In this document: in pieces, positions 14,584 to 26,386 of the stretch | How positions within the stretch are numbered: position 1 is the first letter of the stretch | How the letters are laid out: each line of letters begins with the position of its first letter | NCBI GenBank assembly: GCA_951406725.2 | Contig: OX597832.1 | Coordinates: 38,502,001-38,566,000 of the forward strand | Source of the DNA: Octopus vulgaris | Lineage: Eukaryota | Direction: 5' to 3' | Length of the DNA: 64,000 nucleotides | Notes under the pieces: model-generated | Databases searched by the model: none | The model's input: only the letters and a program-made list of their open reading frames with translations | What the model was told of the DNA's origin: nothing | Program-made: the position numbers and the translations under genes

Positions 14584-15654
14584 AAATCACAACAAAGTCA
14601 GCAACTGTGATAGAACTTTCAGTAACTGGAGAACAATCAGAACAACGACAACACAGTTAGCAACAACAACATTTCGTACCGTGAACTGTTACGAAATGTT
14701 GTGTAGCTTGAATGAGTTGGTTTAATAATCAGGAAGGAAGGAGACAAAAATAGAAAGAAATAGACGTACATGAGTTACAGGAAGAAGAAGAAAAAACGCA
14801 CTGTTTATGAAATATTGAAAAGAAGTTGTTTTTTTCTTTTTTTCTTCTTCTATGAATGAAATAAAGAAATAAGAATGAATTATCTCAACAAAAAGTACAT
14901 CAACATCAACAAAAACAAAAGGAAGAAACAAAAGACATAAATGAATAATAATAATAAATAAATGAATTTATTCTAGAGTACAAAAATAAGATAAAATAAA
15001 ATAGCAACATAAGCAACACAACAAAACAATAGGAATAAACCATAAAGCATCGGATATGTAGAGATTAAAACTGTTTTCTGCCCTGATCGCTACCGCTGAA
15101 GTCTCCGTCATAAATAGCAGAGAAGACAAAGCCAGTTGCACACAGACTCAATCGAAAACTACCTGTCCTGAGGTGATGCGAAACGAGAACACATCACAAT
15201 ATTACAATAGTACTTTGTTCAGCCTGTTCTTGTAGTTGTTGCTATTTTATTTTTATGTCGTAGATGCTGTTGTTATTGTTCACTTTTTTCTTTTTTTTTA
15301 AAGTGCATTTATTTATTTTCATGTGATATAATATTTATTAATTTGGGATTAATTTTTCTGATTGCCCTCGCTCAACTACGTTTCTACTAATTTTTATTTT
15401 TTAACTATTACATTTATATATATATAACCATGTTTTATCATCGTGCGATTACAACGTCATCTGGTGGCGGCTGTCCTAGTTATAATTAAGAAACAATTAC
15501 GTAATTAATAAACCTGCCGAAGTAAATCTTTCCTTTCGCTCCTCTGCAGATCCTCCAGTGTCAAAAGCGTAATGCTAATCATATACTGAGTACGTTTAAT
15601 CAACGGACCTCTTCCTTTAGAAATTATTGTCCTTACGCCAAAATGTAAAAACTT

Positions 15655-15985
15655 AAGCTGGCAGAATTGTGGGCTCGCCGAGCAAAATGCTTTGCGGTAT
15701 TTCCTCTGTCATTACGTTCTGAGTTCGAATTCCGTCAAGGTCGAATTTGCTTTTCAGCCTTTTGGGTTCGATAAAGTAGGTCCCAGTTGAGGACTGGGGT
15801 CGATATAATCGAATTCGCACCTTCCAAGAAACTGCTGGCTTTGAGCAAAAATTTGAATCAACTTTGCTTTTCATCTTTTCAGGGTCGATGAAATAAATAC
15901 CAGCTGAGTACTGAGGTCGATGTAATCAACCAGCATCCTACCCCGTCAAATTTCAGGCCTACAGTGCTTGTAGTAGAAAAGGTTT
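15655..15985 (+). mobile_element. SINE family A plus tandem duplicate of its 3' half
   Basis: AAGCTGGCAGAATTG head and GAGTTCGAATTCC B-box. The core TTTGC(C)TTTTCA...GGTCGAT...CCAG...ACTG(G/A)GGTCGAT occurs twice (~15745 and ~15862). Confidence 0.85.
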
Positions 15986-16369
15986 ATTATTGTTATTATG
16001 ATCTGTTTTCATTTCCATTCTTACATCTGGAAAATGGATTGTATTCCGTTTCTGAAGTCGAGTATTTACCTTTTTGTGAACGGAAAATGGATATATGTAT
16101 ATGCATCATAAGTTTGTACACACACACAAACACACATACACACACACACTCACACACACACACACACACACGCACATACATGCACACACTCTCACACACA
16201 CACATCTAATATGCATACCCTACTTATATAATACTTATATAATATGCATACCCTACTTATATAATACATGTGCATATACATAATATTTTATGTATATATT
16301 TAAATACATATATATCCCCAGCATAACCACCACCCTTGAGATGAAACGCAAACAGGAATAAAAGAATAT

Positions 16370-16800
16370 ATATATACATATATTTAACAATTAAGGATAA
16401 CTTCTTAATAAGGAATCTTAACAAGAAATTATCAGGTAGTTAGCGTGAAAAACCTCATAAGAGAAAAAAATCCGAAAATAATTCTTTTTCTTTTGGAAAT
16501 ATTAATTTATATTGTATATGCCCTCTATACAATATATATACATGCTCTCGCGTCTCATGTTTGATCTTTGACCTCTGGCCGAAATCAGATCGCCATGTTG
16601 ATTCGTTAGCTACTGCACGCATTTTTTTTCTCTCCTTCTTTCTGTGTTTTTCTCTCTCTGTGTATCTTTCTGTTGAAGAGCGTAGGCTCGAAACGTTAAA
16701 GACTTGTTTTATTTATATTTCCTGAGCGCCATACTAATACAATTGTTCGTTTGTTTTCCACCTGCCTTCGTCTTTTGTTTATTTTCATAAAGCTTCCCGT
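16370..16800 (+). mobile_element. Penelope-like element terminal (pLTR-type) fragment with hammerhead motif
   Basis: Contains the hammerhead-like motif at 16665-16702 and a T-rich tail ending in (TA)n. The layout is the same as 61627-61830. Confidence 0.6.
16665..16702 (+). ncRNA. Minimal type I hammerhead ribozyme-like motif (core variant CUGUUGA)
   Basis: TCTTT-CTGTTGA-A-GAGC-GTAG-GCTC-GAAA-CG-TT-AAAGA. Stem I is TCTTT/AAAGA, stem II is GAGC/GCTC, and a palindromic AACGTT replaces stem III. Confidence 0.55.
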
Positions 16801-16827
16801 TATATATATATATATATATATATATAT

Positions 16828-16928
16828 TTCCCTGCTCACTTAGCCAGTGGGGTGGCGTCGTTTGAAAGCTGAAGCCATGCGAAGAGCATGGTGACCAGCA
16901 ATGTATAACAACATCTGATAATCTAGTG
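16828..16928 (+). mobile_element. 3' tail of SINE family D
   Basis: CCTGCTCACTTAGCCAGTGGGGTGGCGTC...TGTATAACAACATC aligns by eye with 51296-51385. Confidence 0.55.
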
Positions 16929-16974
16929 GATACCGTAATCTAGCCGTAGGAATCTTGCCAAATCAGACTGAAAC

Positions 16975-17065
16975 CTAGTGTAACTCTCCAGCTTCTCAGC
17001 TCTGGTCAAACCATCCAACCCATGCCAGTTGGACATTAAATGATGATGATGATGATGATGATGAT
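16975..17065 (+). mobile_element. RTE-type retroposon 3' tail with (TGA)n
   Basis: CAAACCATCCAACCCATGCCAG...GGACATTAAA(TGA)n resembles RTE-clade LINE/SINE 3' ends (recalled pattern). Confidence 0.5.
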
Positions 17066-17849
17066 GTATGTATGCATGTATGTATGTATGTATGTATGTG
17101 TGTGTGCACGCACATACATCCACACATAATATGTATATACATATATTTATGTGCACATGTATGTATATATATGTGTGTGTGAGAGAGAGACTGTGTGTCT
17201 GTCTGTGTATATGTATATATAGAAATATGTATATGTATGTGTGTGTCTGTGCGTGTATTATACATATACATTTAAAAAATAATATAACTGCAAGAATCAA
17301 ACGGCATACGAAACTAACATTATGAACAACAACAACAACAATGTAATAAGAACACGGATAACAAACAAAAGAAAAAAAACGAAAACTCTGCCGGAAACAG
17401 TTGAAAATTGAATCATTTTGTAAAAAGGGAAAACAATTGAGGAAAACAATAAGGAAAATCAAAAGAGAGAATTGGCGGGAAATTCTGGAAATATTTGGGG
17501 AAATAGTCAATAAATACAGGAAGTGATAAGAACAAGAATAACAACAAAAACAACAACAATAACTATAATATTATTAACAGCAGCAGTTACATCCAACTGC
17601 AATACTAAGCTGATCGAACATGATGGCCTCTACATGGTCATTCAACCATGCTAGAAATATCAGATGAATTTCCCACAATTCACAGGGGGTACATAGATAT
17701 TGAAGTTCTGAATGTTCAAATGTTCTGTTGAGTGTCTGGTTGAACGTGTGCATGACTCTATAAAATGCTAGTTGAGGATGATGGACAGGGGGACTTTTTA
17801 CACGCACACACACACACTTTCTATGAACCTACATACAAATATATTTAAA

Positions 17850-18010
17850 TGGTGACCTGGCTCTGTGATAAGAAGCTTGCTTCCCAGCCACATGGTTCTG
17901 GGTTCAGTCCCACTGCGTGTTATCTTGCGCAAGTAACTTCTACTATAGGCCCGGGTCGACATAAGCCTTGTGAGTGGATTTGGTAGACAGAAACTGAAAG
18001 AAGCCCGTCG

Positions 18011-18059
<49 letters not shown>

Positions 18060-18262
18060 CTGAATTTGTCCCACCACCACTGCTTGACAACCGGCGTTGA
18101 TGTGTTTGCGTCCCTGTAACTTGTCGGTTCGGCAAAACGGATTGATAGAATAAGTCCCAGGCGTCAAAAAGAAATACAGTGGCCGATTCATTCGACTAAA
18201 AATGCAAGGTGGTGCCCCAGCATGGTCGCAGTCTAATGTCTAAAAGAAGTAAAAGTCAAAAG
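17850..18262 (+). mobile_element. SINE family B, full length
   Basis: TGGCTCTGTGATAAGAAGC, GGGTTCAGTCCCACTGCGTG, internal (TA)n(TG)n, GGTGCCCCAGCATGGTCGCAGTC and an A-rich tail. Confidence 0.9.
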
Positions 18263-18284
18263 ATATATAGTGATATATACATAC

Positions 18285-18652
18285 GCGCAAAACGCCCCCC
18301 CCCGTCCAATGGACGGTGCTGAGTTGTCAAACATTTAAACCAAATTTTCTCAAAACAACTTGTCCGACCGTCCCATAGGCCTCCCCCTTGAGAAACACTG
18401 TTTTAACCTCAATTTGAAACACCAGCAAAAGAAGAAATAAAGATATACTTTTTTTCTATTCCGAAGAAAAACGATTTCCCACGGAATGATCGCATTCTCA
18501 CCTGGAATCGATTTCTGTAATTTTTTCAACATTTATACACGCCCTGATACCGTCCGTATCTACAAATCAAATTTGGACGCAATCGGATGGAGGATGCCCG
18601 AGATCCTAGAAGCCACACACAGAGACAGACAGAACGGATTTTATATAAGAGA
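18285..18652 (-). mobile_element. Non-autonomous Helitron, 5' portion (3' CTAG end not seen)
   Basis: The minus strand starts A|TCTCTTATATAAAATCCGTTCTGTCTGTCT, the same TC-start/TATATAAAA/(CTGT)n signature as the complete Helitron at 62600-62898. Confidence 0.6.
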
Positions 18653-18702
18653 TATAAAAATTGTTAGGTTTTTTTTTTATGTGTTCTTTTGTCATCCTTC
18701 TG

Positions 18703-18940
18703 TGCAACAGAAAGAATAAATAAAAGATTCAATGGGAATCGGTACGATGTCAGACACAATAACAGAAGCTCGACAGAACTTGCTGAACATTTCATATGAA
18801 ACAACTGTTGGGGAACATCTGAAAGTACACATTTACAGAAAATATCTTGACCCCACTTCACTTTCAGTTCTCAAAATACACGAGGATAAATATAATTGTG
18901 AGTTACGAACGTCACGCCCTGGAGGAATGTACAAAACGAG
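18703..18940 (+). pseudogene. Penelope-like element GIY-YIG endonuclease C-terminal fragment (frameshifted)
   Basis: Manual translation gives TERINKRFNGNRYDVRHNNRSSTELAEHF. After a frameshift it reads EHLKVHIYRKYLDPTSLSVLKIHEDKYNCELRTSRPGGMY. This matches the R-F-x-x-H / S-x-L-A-x-H-F / E-x-x-x-I-x-x-L-x-T-x-x-P-x-G-x-N pattern of PLE GIY-YIG domains. Confidence 0.7.
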
Positions 18941-19116
18941 AGGAGAATTCCATTACGTTTGTATAAAACTTTTTGACAAAGTGTTCTGGTTTCCATTTTC
19001 TTTTTTCTTTCTTCATTTTTCCTTTCTCCTTGTTATTTATGAAAATTTAATGACTTCGTTTTATCTACAAAGGACTGCAAAAAACTGAAATTCAAATTTT
19101 GAATTATTGTATTTTT

Positions 19117-19382
19117 CAAACCCCAAAGAATTCCTCTCAACACACGGCTACGACGCTCCCCCACTACTTCTGCTCGTAATCAGAGATGCACATATCGTCA
19201 GCCAGTAAGGGACATGCTCACCTTGTTAAGGTCAAACAACTGACAAGCAAATCTGTGGTATTGAGCAGAATATTTGCTGTAGCCCATCTTTTATACCAAG
19301 ACAAAACAATGTACATGATAACACTTCCAATCAGTTAAGATCAGCAGCCATGAGAGCCACTGCCTGGTACTGCATCAGGGCA
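19117..19382. mobile_element. Partial copy of the (ATT)n-flanked element
   Basis: Near-identical to 19758-20011. It retains a 13 bp segment that the second copy lacks and is followed by (ATT)n. Confidence 0.8.
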
Positions 19383-19469
<87 letters not shown>

Positions 19470-19472
<3 letters not shown>

Positions 19473-20011
19473 TGAGAGAGCAGTTCATGCCATCAAAGTG
19501 ACACTGGGGTAAAATATACGAAGCCCAATATACCCATCATGACTACCCGTCTGATAAGGGTACACCAGGCACATGCGTCACAACCATATGTGCGCGACAT
19601 GGTGATCTCATATCAAGATAAACAGCACATGACCTTGCAGGTGGGGCCCAGTTAGAATTTTCTTCTGGTCGAGTAACCCATCCCGCTCAAAGGGTCCCTG
19701 AATAAGGGTTGTTTAAGGATGTTGAACGAAACACCCATGTTTCCAGAGGTGAATCATTCAAACCCCAAAGAATCCCTCTCAACACATGGCTATGATTCTC
19801 CCCCACTATTTCTGCTCGTGATCAGAGATGCCACTAAGGGACATGCTCACCTTGTTAAGGTCAAACAACTGACAAGCAAATCTGTGGTATTGAGCAGAAT
19901 ATTTGCTGTAGCCCATCTTTTATACCAAGACAAAACAATGTACATGATAACACGTCCAATCAGTTAAGATCAGCAGCCATGAGAGCCACTGCCTGGTACT
20001 GCATCAGGGCA
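19470..20011. mobile_element. ~540 bp non-coding element flanked on both sides by (ATT)n
   Basis: Complex sequence bounded exactly by (ATT)n arrays (19383-19469 and 20012-20080), with its right half duplicated at 19117. Confidence 0.75.
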
Positions 20012-20083
<72 letters not shown>

Positions 20084-20099
20084 AAATATATTTAATAAT

Positions 20100-21393
20100 A
20101 TCACTGTACTTCTAAGCTTGTAAAGATGAAACTTCGACCGTCTGTTGTATTCGACAGATATACGCTGGCTATCAATGGGAAGTTGTCTCGGACATTTTGT
20201 GGCACTTTTCGATAAAGTCACAGAGTTCCTTCAACAGACTGATCCAACCATAACAGCATCACTTTCTCAGAAAAAAACCCTGTAATTTTTTATTTACATG
20301 AAATCTTTCAAGAACTTAATGATCTCAATATTTCTTTACAAAAGCAAAACCTCAACATTGTACGAGCCAGGCACTTGATAAGGGCGTTTGTGAATAAACT
20401 CGTTCTTTGGAAACTTCAGATTGAAGATCATAACTTTCTGCAGTTCGTGAACTTAAAAACTGTTGTGGTAGATAACGACTTGCACAAATATATAATCGGG
20501 CATCTATCTTCATGAAAACTTCATTATTCGTTTTGAAGATCTTTTGGCTTTAAATATCCCAGTTTTTATGAACCCTCTTCATACAATGTCTATGAACGAT
20601 ATACTTGTTCGAACAGAATGCGTTCAGATGGAGTTTGTGACGCGGCGGTAATTGATAATCTGCGCAAATCGTCTGAAAACGACTGGGTCGAGGCATGGTT
20701 GAACCATTGAATCATTCTCACGAATATCCAAAGCTGTTTGAACAAGTCGAACCTTTTATTCTAAATCTCCCGACATCCTACTTCGCTGAAAAGGGATTTT
20801 CTCTTGTTCTCCACTCGTTCACGAAGCAGCAGAGGCATTTGAACCTTGATAACAATCCTGATTTGAGAATTCGCTTGAGCCAAAAAGAGCCAAGGATTTC
20901 TCTGCTTGTGGATAAAAAGCAAGCGCAAGGGTCTCACTGAAGGTTTCTTGACATTTTTCCCGACGACTTATCGCTGACATTTTAAAGCTAATTCAATTTG
21001 TTATATTCCCTTAAACGTTTACACGATCTTATGCACTGATCCCAACTTCACTCCTCACATTTTTAAAAATTTACCCTTCACATTGTACAGTTTTCTTTTC
21101 TGAGTAAAAGTGGGTGTTTTCCATGACTCAGTAACCTTTTCTATTCGATTCTATCAAATAAAGCTTTCTTGAGAATCCTGTGCATTTGCAAATTGGTTTT
21201 GTTATTGGTGTTCTCGGTTGTTCTCTGTGATGTTCCTTACAAGAACGAAAAAGGACCTTTCATTGCAAAGTGGAAATGATACTAATACTTATGAGTAGCA
21301 GTTCTTTTATAATAAATTAAAAATTTGAGGTGGTCCACAGGACAAAATTACTTATTTTGGTGGACCACAGCGAATAAAGTTAGGGAGCCCTTG
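20100..21393 (+). mobile_element. hAT Buster/Charlie-type DNA transposon, 3' part (decayed transposase plus right TIR)
   Basis: The disrupted translation includes LLYSTDIRWLS, YLHEIFQELNDLNISLQ and C-terminal ILNLPTSYFAEKGFS...DLRIRLSQKEPRISLLVDKKQAQGSH* (stop at 20940), typical of ZBED5/SCAND3/Buster transposases. The terminus AAAGTTAGGGAGCCCTTG is followed by CTCTACAT, which fits the nnnTAnnn Buster target. Confidence 0.85.
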
Positions 21394-21401
21394 CTCTACA
21401 T

Positions 21402-21570
21402 GGTAGCTCTGGTCTCCTAGAAGTAACAGCAAAATCACTGGTAAACTACCCCGTTACGTTTTAAATTTGACAATGTGCTTCAGAACACTGTTGTTGGAAC
21501 TAAGGTGTGTTGGTCACGGATTGAATGTCTTTGGTTGGATCAAGTCAGACTTAGGGCTAAACAAACAATA
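21402..21570 (+). mobile_element. Family C short retroposon fragment
   Basis: CTAGAAGTAACAGCAAAATC...GGGCTAAACAAACAA. Related to ~17628 (+), 31655 (-), 34665 (+), ~46230 (+) and 62135-62580 (-). Confidence 0.5.
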
Positions 21571-22034
21571 ACATCACCAGGGACTCACATTGATATATTC
21601 CGTCTAGACACGAGGGTTTAGATTTATAAAAGAGGGGAAATGAGAGGTGGCGTGCCGTTGCTTTTCCCCCAAAGGCACTATCAACATAATTGAAAGGAAT
21701 GGGCCACAGCTAGGTTTTGAAACCCGGTCGCAATCTTTGCATTCCGGAAGTTTTTCTTCTTGCTCTATGATTAAAGCCACACCCACATTTTAACTAAATG
21801 AAAAATTACATGGCCAATGGCAATTCGCAGAAGACAAAAAAAGGAAACAAATTATGTATGGAGTGGGGTGGGGTGGGGGAAAACAAAGCAGGAACACATT
21901 AGACAATTCTTAACAACAACCACAACAACAACAACAACAACGCTTGCAACGATGACATCAACAACAATTAAAACAACAACAGCGGTAATAAGATAATGGA
22001 ATTAAAACAACGGCAATAATACAGGTTATTATCA

Positions 22035-22087
22035 AACAACAGCAGCAACAACAATAACAACAATAACAACAACAACGACAACAACTA

Positions 22088-22119
<32 letters not shown>

Positions 22120-22250
22120 ATTACTACTACTACTACTACTGCTACTACTACTGCTGCTGCTGCTGTTATTATTATTACTACTGCTACAACTACTACTACT
22201 ACTACTACTACTACTATTGCTACAACTACTACTACTGCTGCTGCTGCTAT

Positions 22251-22285
<35 letters not shown>

Positions 22286-22286
22286 T

Positions 22287-22341
<55 letters not shown>

Positions 22342-22578
22342 GCTGCTGCTGCCGCTGCTGCTGCCGCTGCTGCTGCTGCTGCATTAACAATGGTAATAAG
22401 ACAAATTAACAACAATAACAACAACAACAACAAAAAAACACTGTAAACAATAATATAAAGCATTGCACCAACAACAGCAACGATAACAACAACAACGTTT
22501 ACGGCAATCAGAAAAAAAATAGTAAAAAATGAATAAATAAATAAATAAACAATGATAGTGACGATGACGATGAAGACA

Positions 22579-22630
<52 letters not shown>

Positions 22631-22679
22631 CGACGATGATGATGATGATGATGACGACGACGACGACGACGACGACGAC

Positions 22680-22710
<31 letters not shown>

Positions 22711-23790
22711 GTGGTGGCGGTGGTGATGGTGATGATGATGACGATGATTGCGATGAAGTTGCCGACAAACAGGAAGACAATCGTTAAGTGGGAGGTAATT
22801 TCCTTCTCCTCCTCCTCTTCCACCTCTTTCTCCTCGCTCCACCACCACCACCACCACCACCGCTACCACTATCTTTATTCCTTCATGTAGAAGGGAAAGT
22901 GTCGGCACATCATATAGATACATAAATTCAACTGCACCCCTATCACCACCACCACCAACAACAACACCACCACCGCCGCCACCACCACCATTACCACTAT
23001 CACCACCATCACCACCACCACCGCAAACAACAACAACAACATCGCAACTGCCATCATTTCCATTGACATTGCAACCGTCATTATCATCACCATTATCATC
23101 ATTATCATCATCATCGTCATTATCACTACCAACAACACCACCAACAACACCAACAACACCACCACCACCACCATCATCATCATCATAATCATCACCACAG
23201 TCAACGACGCTAAGCGCCACCATCGTGTCGACCGGGTTCCGTCACCATCCGTTCGTATGTCTTCACCAGCATTATCAGCACCATGAACAGTGTCACCATC
23301 ACCGCCATTTTACCATCATTATCACAATAACAGTGATGGTAGCTTCACCACCGCCACCTTCACCATTGTCAATCACTAACCCCCCACCACCACCACCACC
23401 ACCACCATCACCCTCATCGTTAACGTTACCAATTCACACCGTTACCTTCACCACTATTACCACCGCCACCATCATTATTACAGATACCACCACCACCACC
23501 ACCACCACCACCATCACCACCACCATCACCACCACACACCACCACCACCACCACCACCACCACCACCACCACCACCACCACCACCACCACCATCACCACC
23601 ACCACCACCACCACCACCACCACCATCCACCACCACCATCACCACCACCACCACCACCACCACCACCACCACCACCACCACCACTACCACCACCACCACC
23701 ACCATCACCACCACCATCATCACCACCACCACCACCACCACCACCACCACCACCACCACCACCACCACCACCACCACCACCACTACCGCC
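22035..23790. repeat. Mosaic trinucleotide array: (AAC), (ACT/GCT), (GAT/GAC), (CCA/TCA)
   Basis: Directly visible; generates the poly-V/H/P/M ORFs. Confidence 0.95.
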
Positions 23791-24412
23791 ATCATTGCAT
23801 CTCGTTTCCTTCATCTCACGCTTTCATCACATCTTCCTCTCATCCGACATTGTCCTCTCCCCTGCTTCCGCTCTCTCCCCTATTATTTCCATCCCTTTCT
23901 CTGTCTCTTATTTCTCTCCCCTGTTCTCTCTCACTCACTCGTTTGCATTCTCCTAATCTGCGTCCCTTCTCCCAGCTCTCTCTCTCTCTTTCTACACCGG
24001 AACTTTGATGACGTCTGCACTGACAAGACGGCCATCTTTTTTAACGCTTTAATTAGAAGCGTTTTCTCTTCTCTATAATTAATCTATTTGTTTGGCGGTA
24101 GTTTGCTGAGAAAGTCAATTAGAGACGGATCTCGCCTAAATAAGACGCCGCTATCATTACAGATTTTCCCCTATTATCTGTACGGCCGTAAAACGAGTTT
24201 GAGTTTTCATACGAGTCTTAGGTGAAGTGAGACGAACAGAAATGTCGGAACCAACTTTTACAATGAGCTGAAAATACAAACTGTTTTTCCTCGCTGTTAA
24301 TCAAAGAAAATTGCTCACTCATTCGCTTCTGCTCGTAAACATTGCGCGCGCGTCTGGCTGTATGAATGGATGCATGTATGCGTGAATGTATGTCTATATA
24401 TGTATGTATATG

Positions 24413-24456
<44 letters not shown>

Positions 24457-24461
24457 GTATG

Positions 24462-24523
<62 letters not shown>

Positions 24524-24528
24524 GTATG

Positions 24529-24585
<57 letters not shown>

Positions 24586-25017
24586 GGGGGTGGAGAGAGA
24601 GAGAGAAAGAGACTGCGTGAGAGAGAAAGAGAGAAAGAAAGAGAGTAAATGTGTCACTTTAATTGCATGCATATATATGTGCGTGTGTGTGTATGCGTGC
24701 GTGTGTGTCTGTGTGAGTGTGTTTGTGTATGTATACATAATATATAGTACATGCGTATGCGTACGTGTGTGAATAATAATCCGTGTGTGGGTGTAAATAT
24801 ATACGCTTAATTCTTAACATATATGCGTAAATACATCTATGCTTGCTTGGCTTGCATGAATTTTTGCGCATGCGCTTTCATTGTTACGTAAGTGCAAATA
24901 TCGGTATACTTGTAAATGGCTTTTTTACCTGTGCACCTTTGAATGTCTGTATAACTAAGTGTACATACGTACATGTTAAATATAATACATATGTATATAT
25001 ATACTTATAAAGTATAG

Positions 25018-25204
25018 TATGCAGGCGTGGCTACGTGGTAAGAACTTCCCTTCCCAACAACCTGGCTCTGGGTTCAGACCCACCACGTGGCACCTTTGGC
25101 AAGTGTGTCTTTTACTATAGTCCCAGACCGACGAAAACCTTGTGGGCGGATTTGTTAGGAGACGGGAATTGAAAGAATCTCGTTCGAATTTATGATTCAC
25201 TGAC

Positions 25205-25235
<31 letters not shown>

Positions 25236-25445
25236 TTGTGTCTGTGTTTGTCCCGAACACCGCTTGATAACCAGTATTGGTGTGTTAATGCCTCCGTGAC
25301 GTAGCAGTTCGGCATAAAATACCGATAGAATAAGTATCAGGTTTTAAAAACTTAACTACTGCAGTCGATTCATTCGGTTAATAATTCTTCAAGGTGGTGC
25401 CCCAGCATGACCGCAGTCTGAGGACTGAAGCGAGTAAAAGAAAAA
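25018..25445 (+). mobile_element. SINE family B, full length
   Basis: GCAGGCGTGGCTACGTGGTAAG, GGGTTCAGACCC, internal (TG)n and GGTGCCCCAGCATGACCGCAGTC. Confidence 0.85.
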
Positions 25446-25454
25446 AGTGCACAC

Positions 25455-25485
<31 letters not shown>

Positions 25486-25494
25486 TGTATGTAT

Positions 25495-25720
25495 GTGTCT
25501 GTGTATAAGTGTGTGTGTTTGTGTCTGTGTTTGTTCCCCATCACCGCTTGACAACCGGTGTTGGTATGAAACGCCCTCGTAACTTAGCGGTTCGGCAAAA
25601 GATATCGATAACGAAAATTATAATTACTGGAGTCGAGTCATCCAACTGAAAATTCTTCAAGGCGGTGCCCCAGCATGGCAGCAGTCTGATGACCGAAACA
25701 ATTAAAAGATAAAAAGCTAA
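25495..25720 (+). mobile_element. SINE family B 3' module (tandem duplicate)
   Basis: CACCGCTTGACAACCGGTGTTGG...GTAACTTAGCGGTTCGGCAAAAG...GGCGGTGCCCCAGCATGG. Confidence 0.8.
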
Positions 25721-26262
25721 AGAAAAATATTGCCGAAATATTTTTCTGTATCAAAAGTTTTATATATGTATATTTATGTTTATTGAAGAAATCGTAAATC
25801 AAACTGAAGAATATTTTGCAGGAGCTCTTCTCGCAATTTTTGCTGAAAATTGCATCATTTCTAAATACTTAACGGAATCAAAAATATCGCAAGAGTTGTT
25901 TTTGCGTATCTGGTGTGTGTGTGTGTGTGATTGTGCATTATTTTTGCTGTATTTAAATGTTCTAAATTGTATTGTATAGTATTTTAGCAGCATTGAACTT
26001 GAGGCTAATCAAAATAATTATCATTACCATTATTATTATTATTATTATTACTATTATTCTTGTTGTTGTTGTTGTTGTTGTCAACACTCCAGCCGCCATG
26101 ATTGTCGATAACGCTTTCGTTCTTACTCCACCCTTTCAATCCCCCCGCCCTTACCGTTACATTAAAACACGCTCCCCCACCCACCCGCTTCCCTTCTCTA
26201 CAAACACAATTACCGTCAAATGTCGCCAACTAATAACTGTTATTAGAAGACCCTACACTGAA

Positions 26263-26298
<36 letters not shown>

Positions 26299-26355
26299 CC
26301 TGGGCACATACTACGCACAGACACACACAACACATACATACACACATACATACAC

Positions 26356-26386
<31 letters not shown>

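Noticed and set aside
14953-15318. Inverted flanks (17 bp AAAATAAAATAGCAACA plus a 12 bp outer match) around a unique core
   Set aside because: The matches are low-complexity A/T-rich words expected by chance in this context.
16207-16268. 33 bp-period direct duplication; a similar 21 bp-period duplication at 10041-10081
   Set aside because: Simple local slippage duplications with no spacer diversity.
23225-23956. His/Pro-rich 243 aa ORF (extensin- or formin-like)
   Set aside because: A (CCA)n microsatellite with no flanking coding-like sequence.
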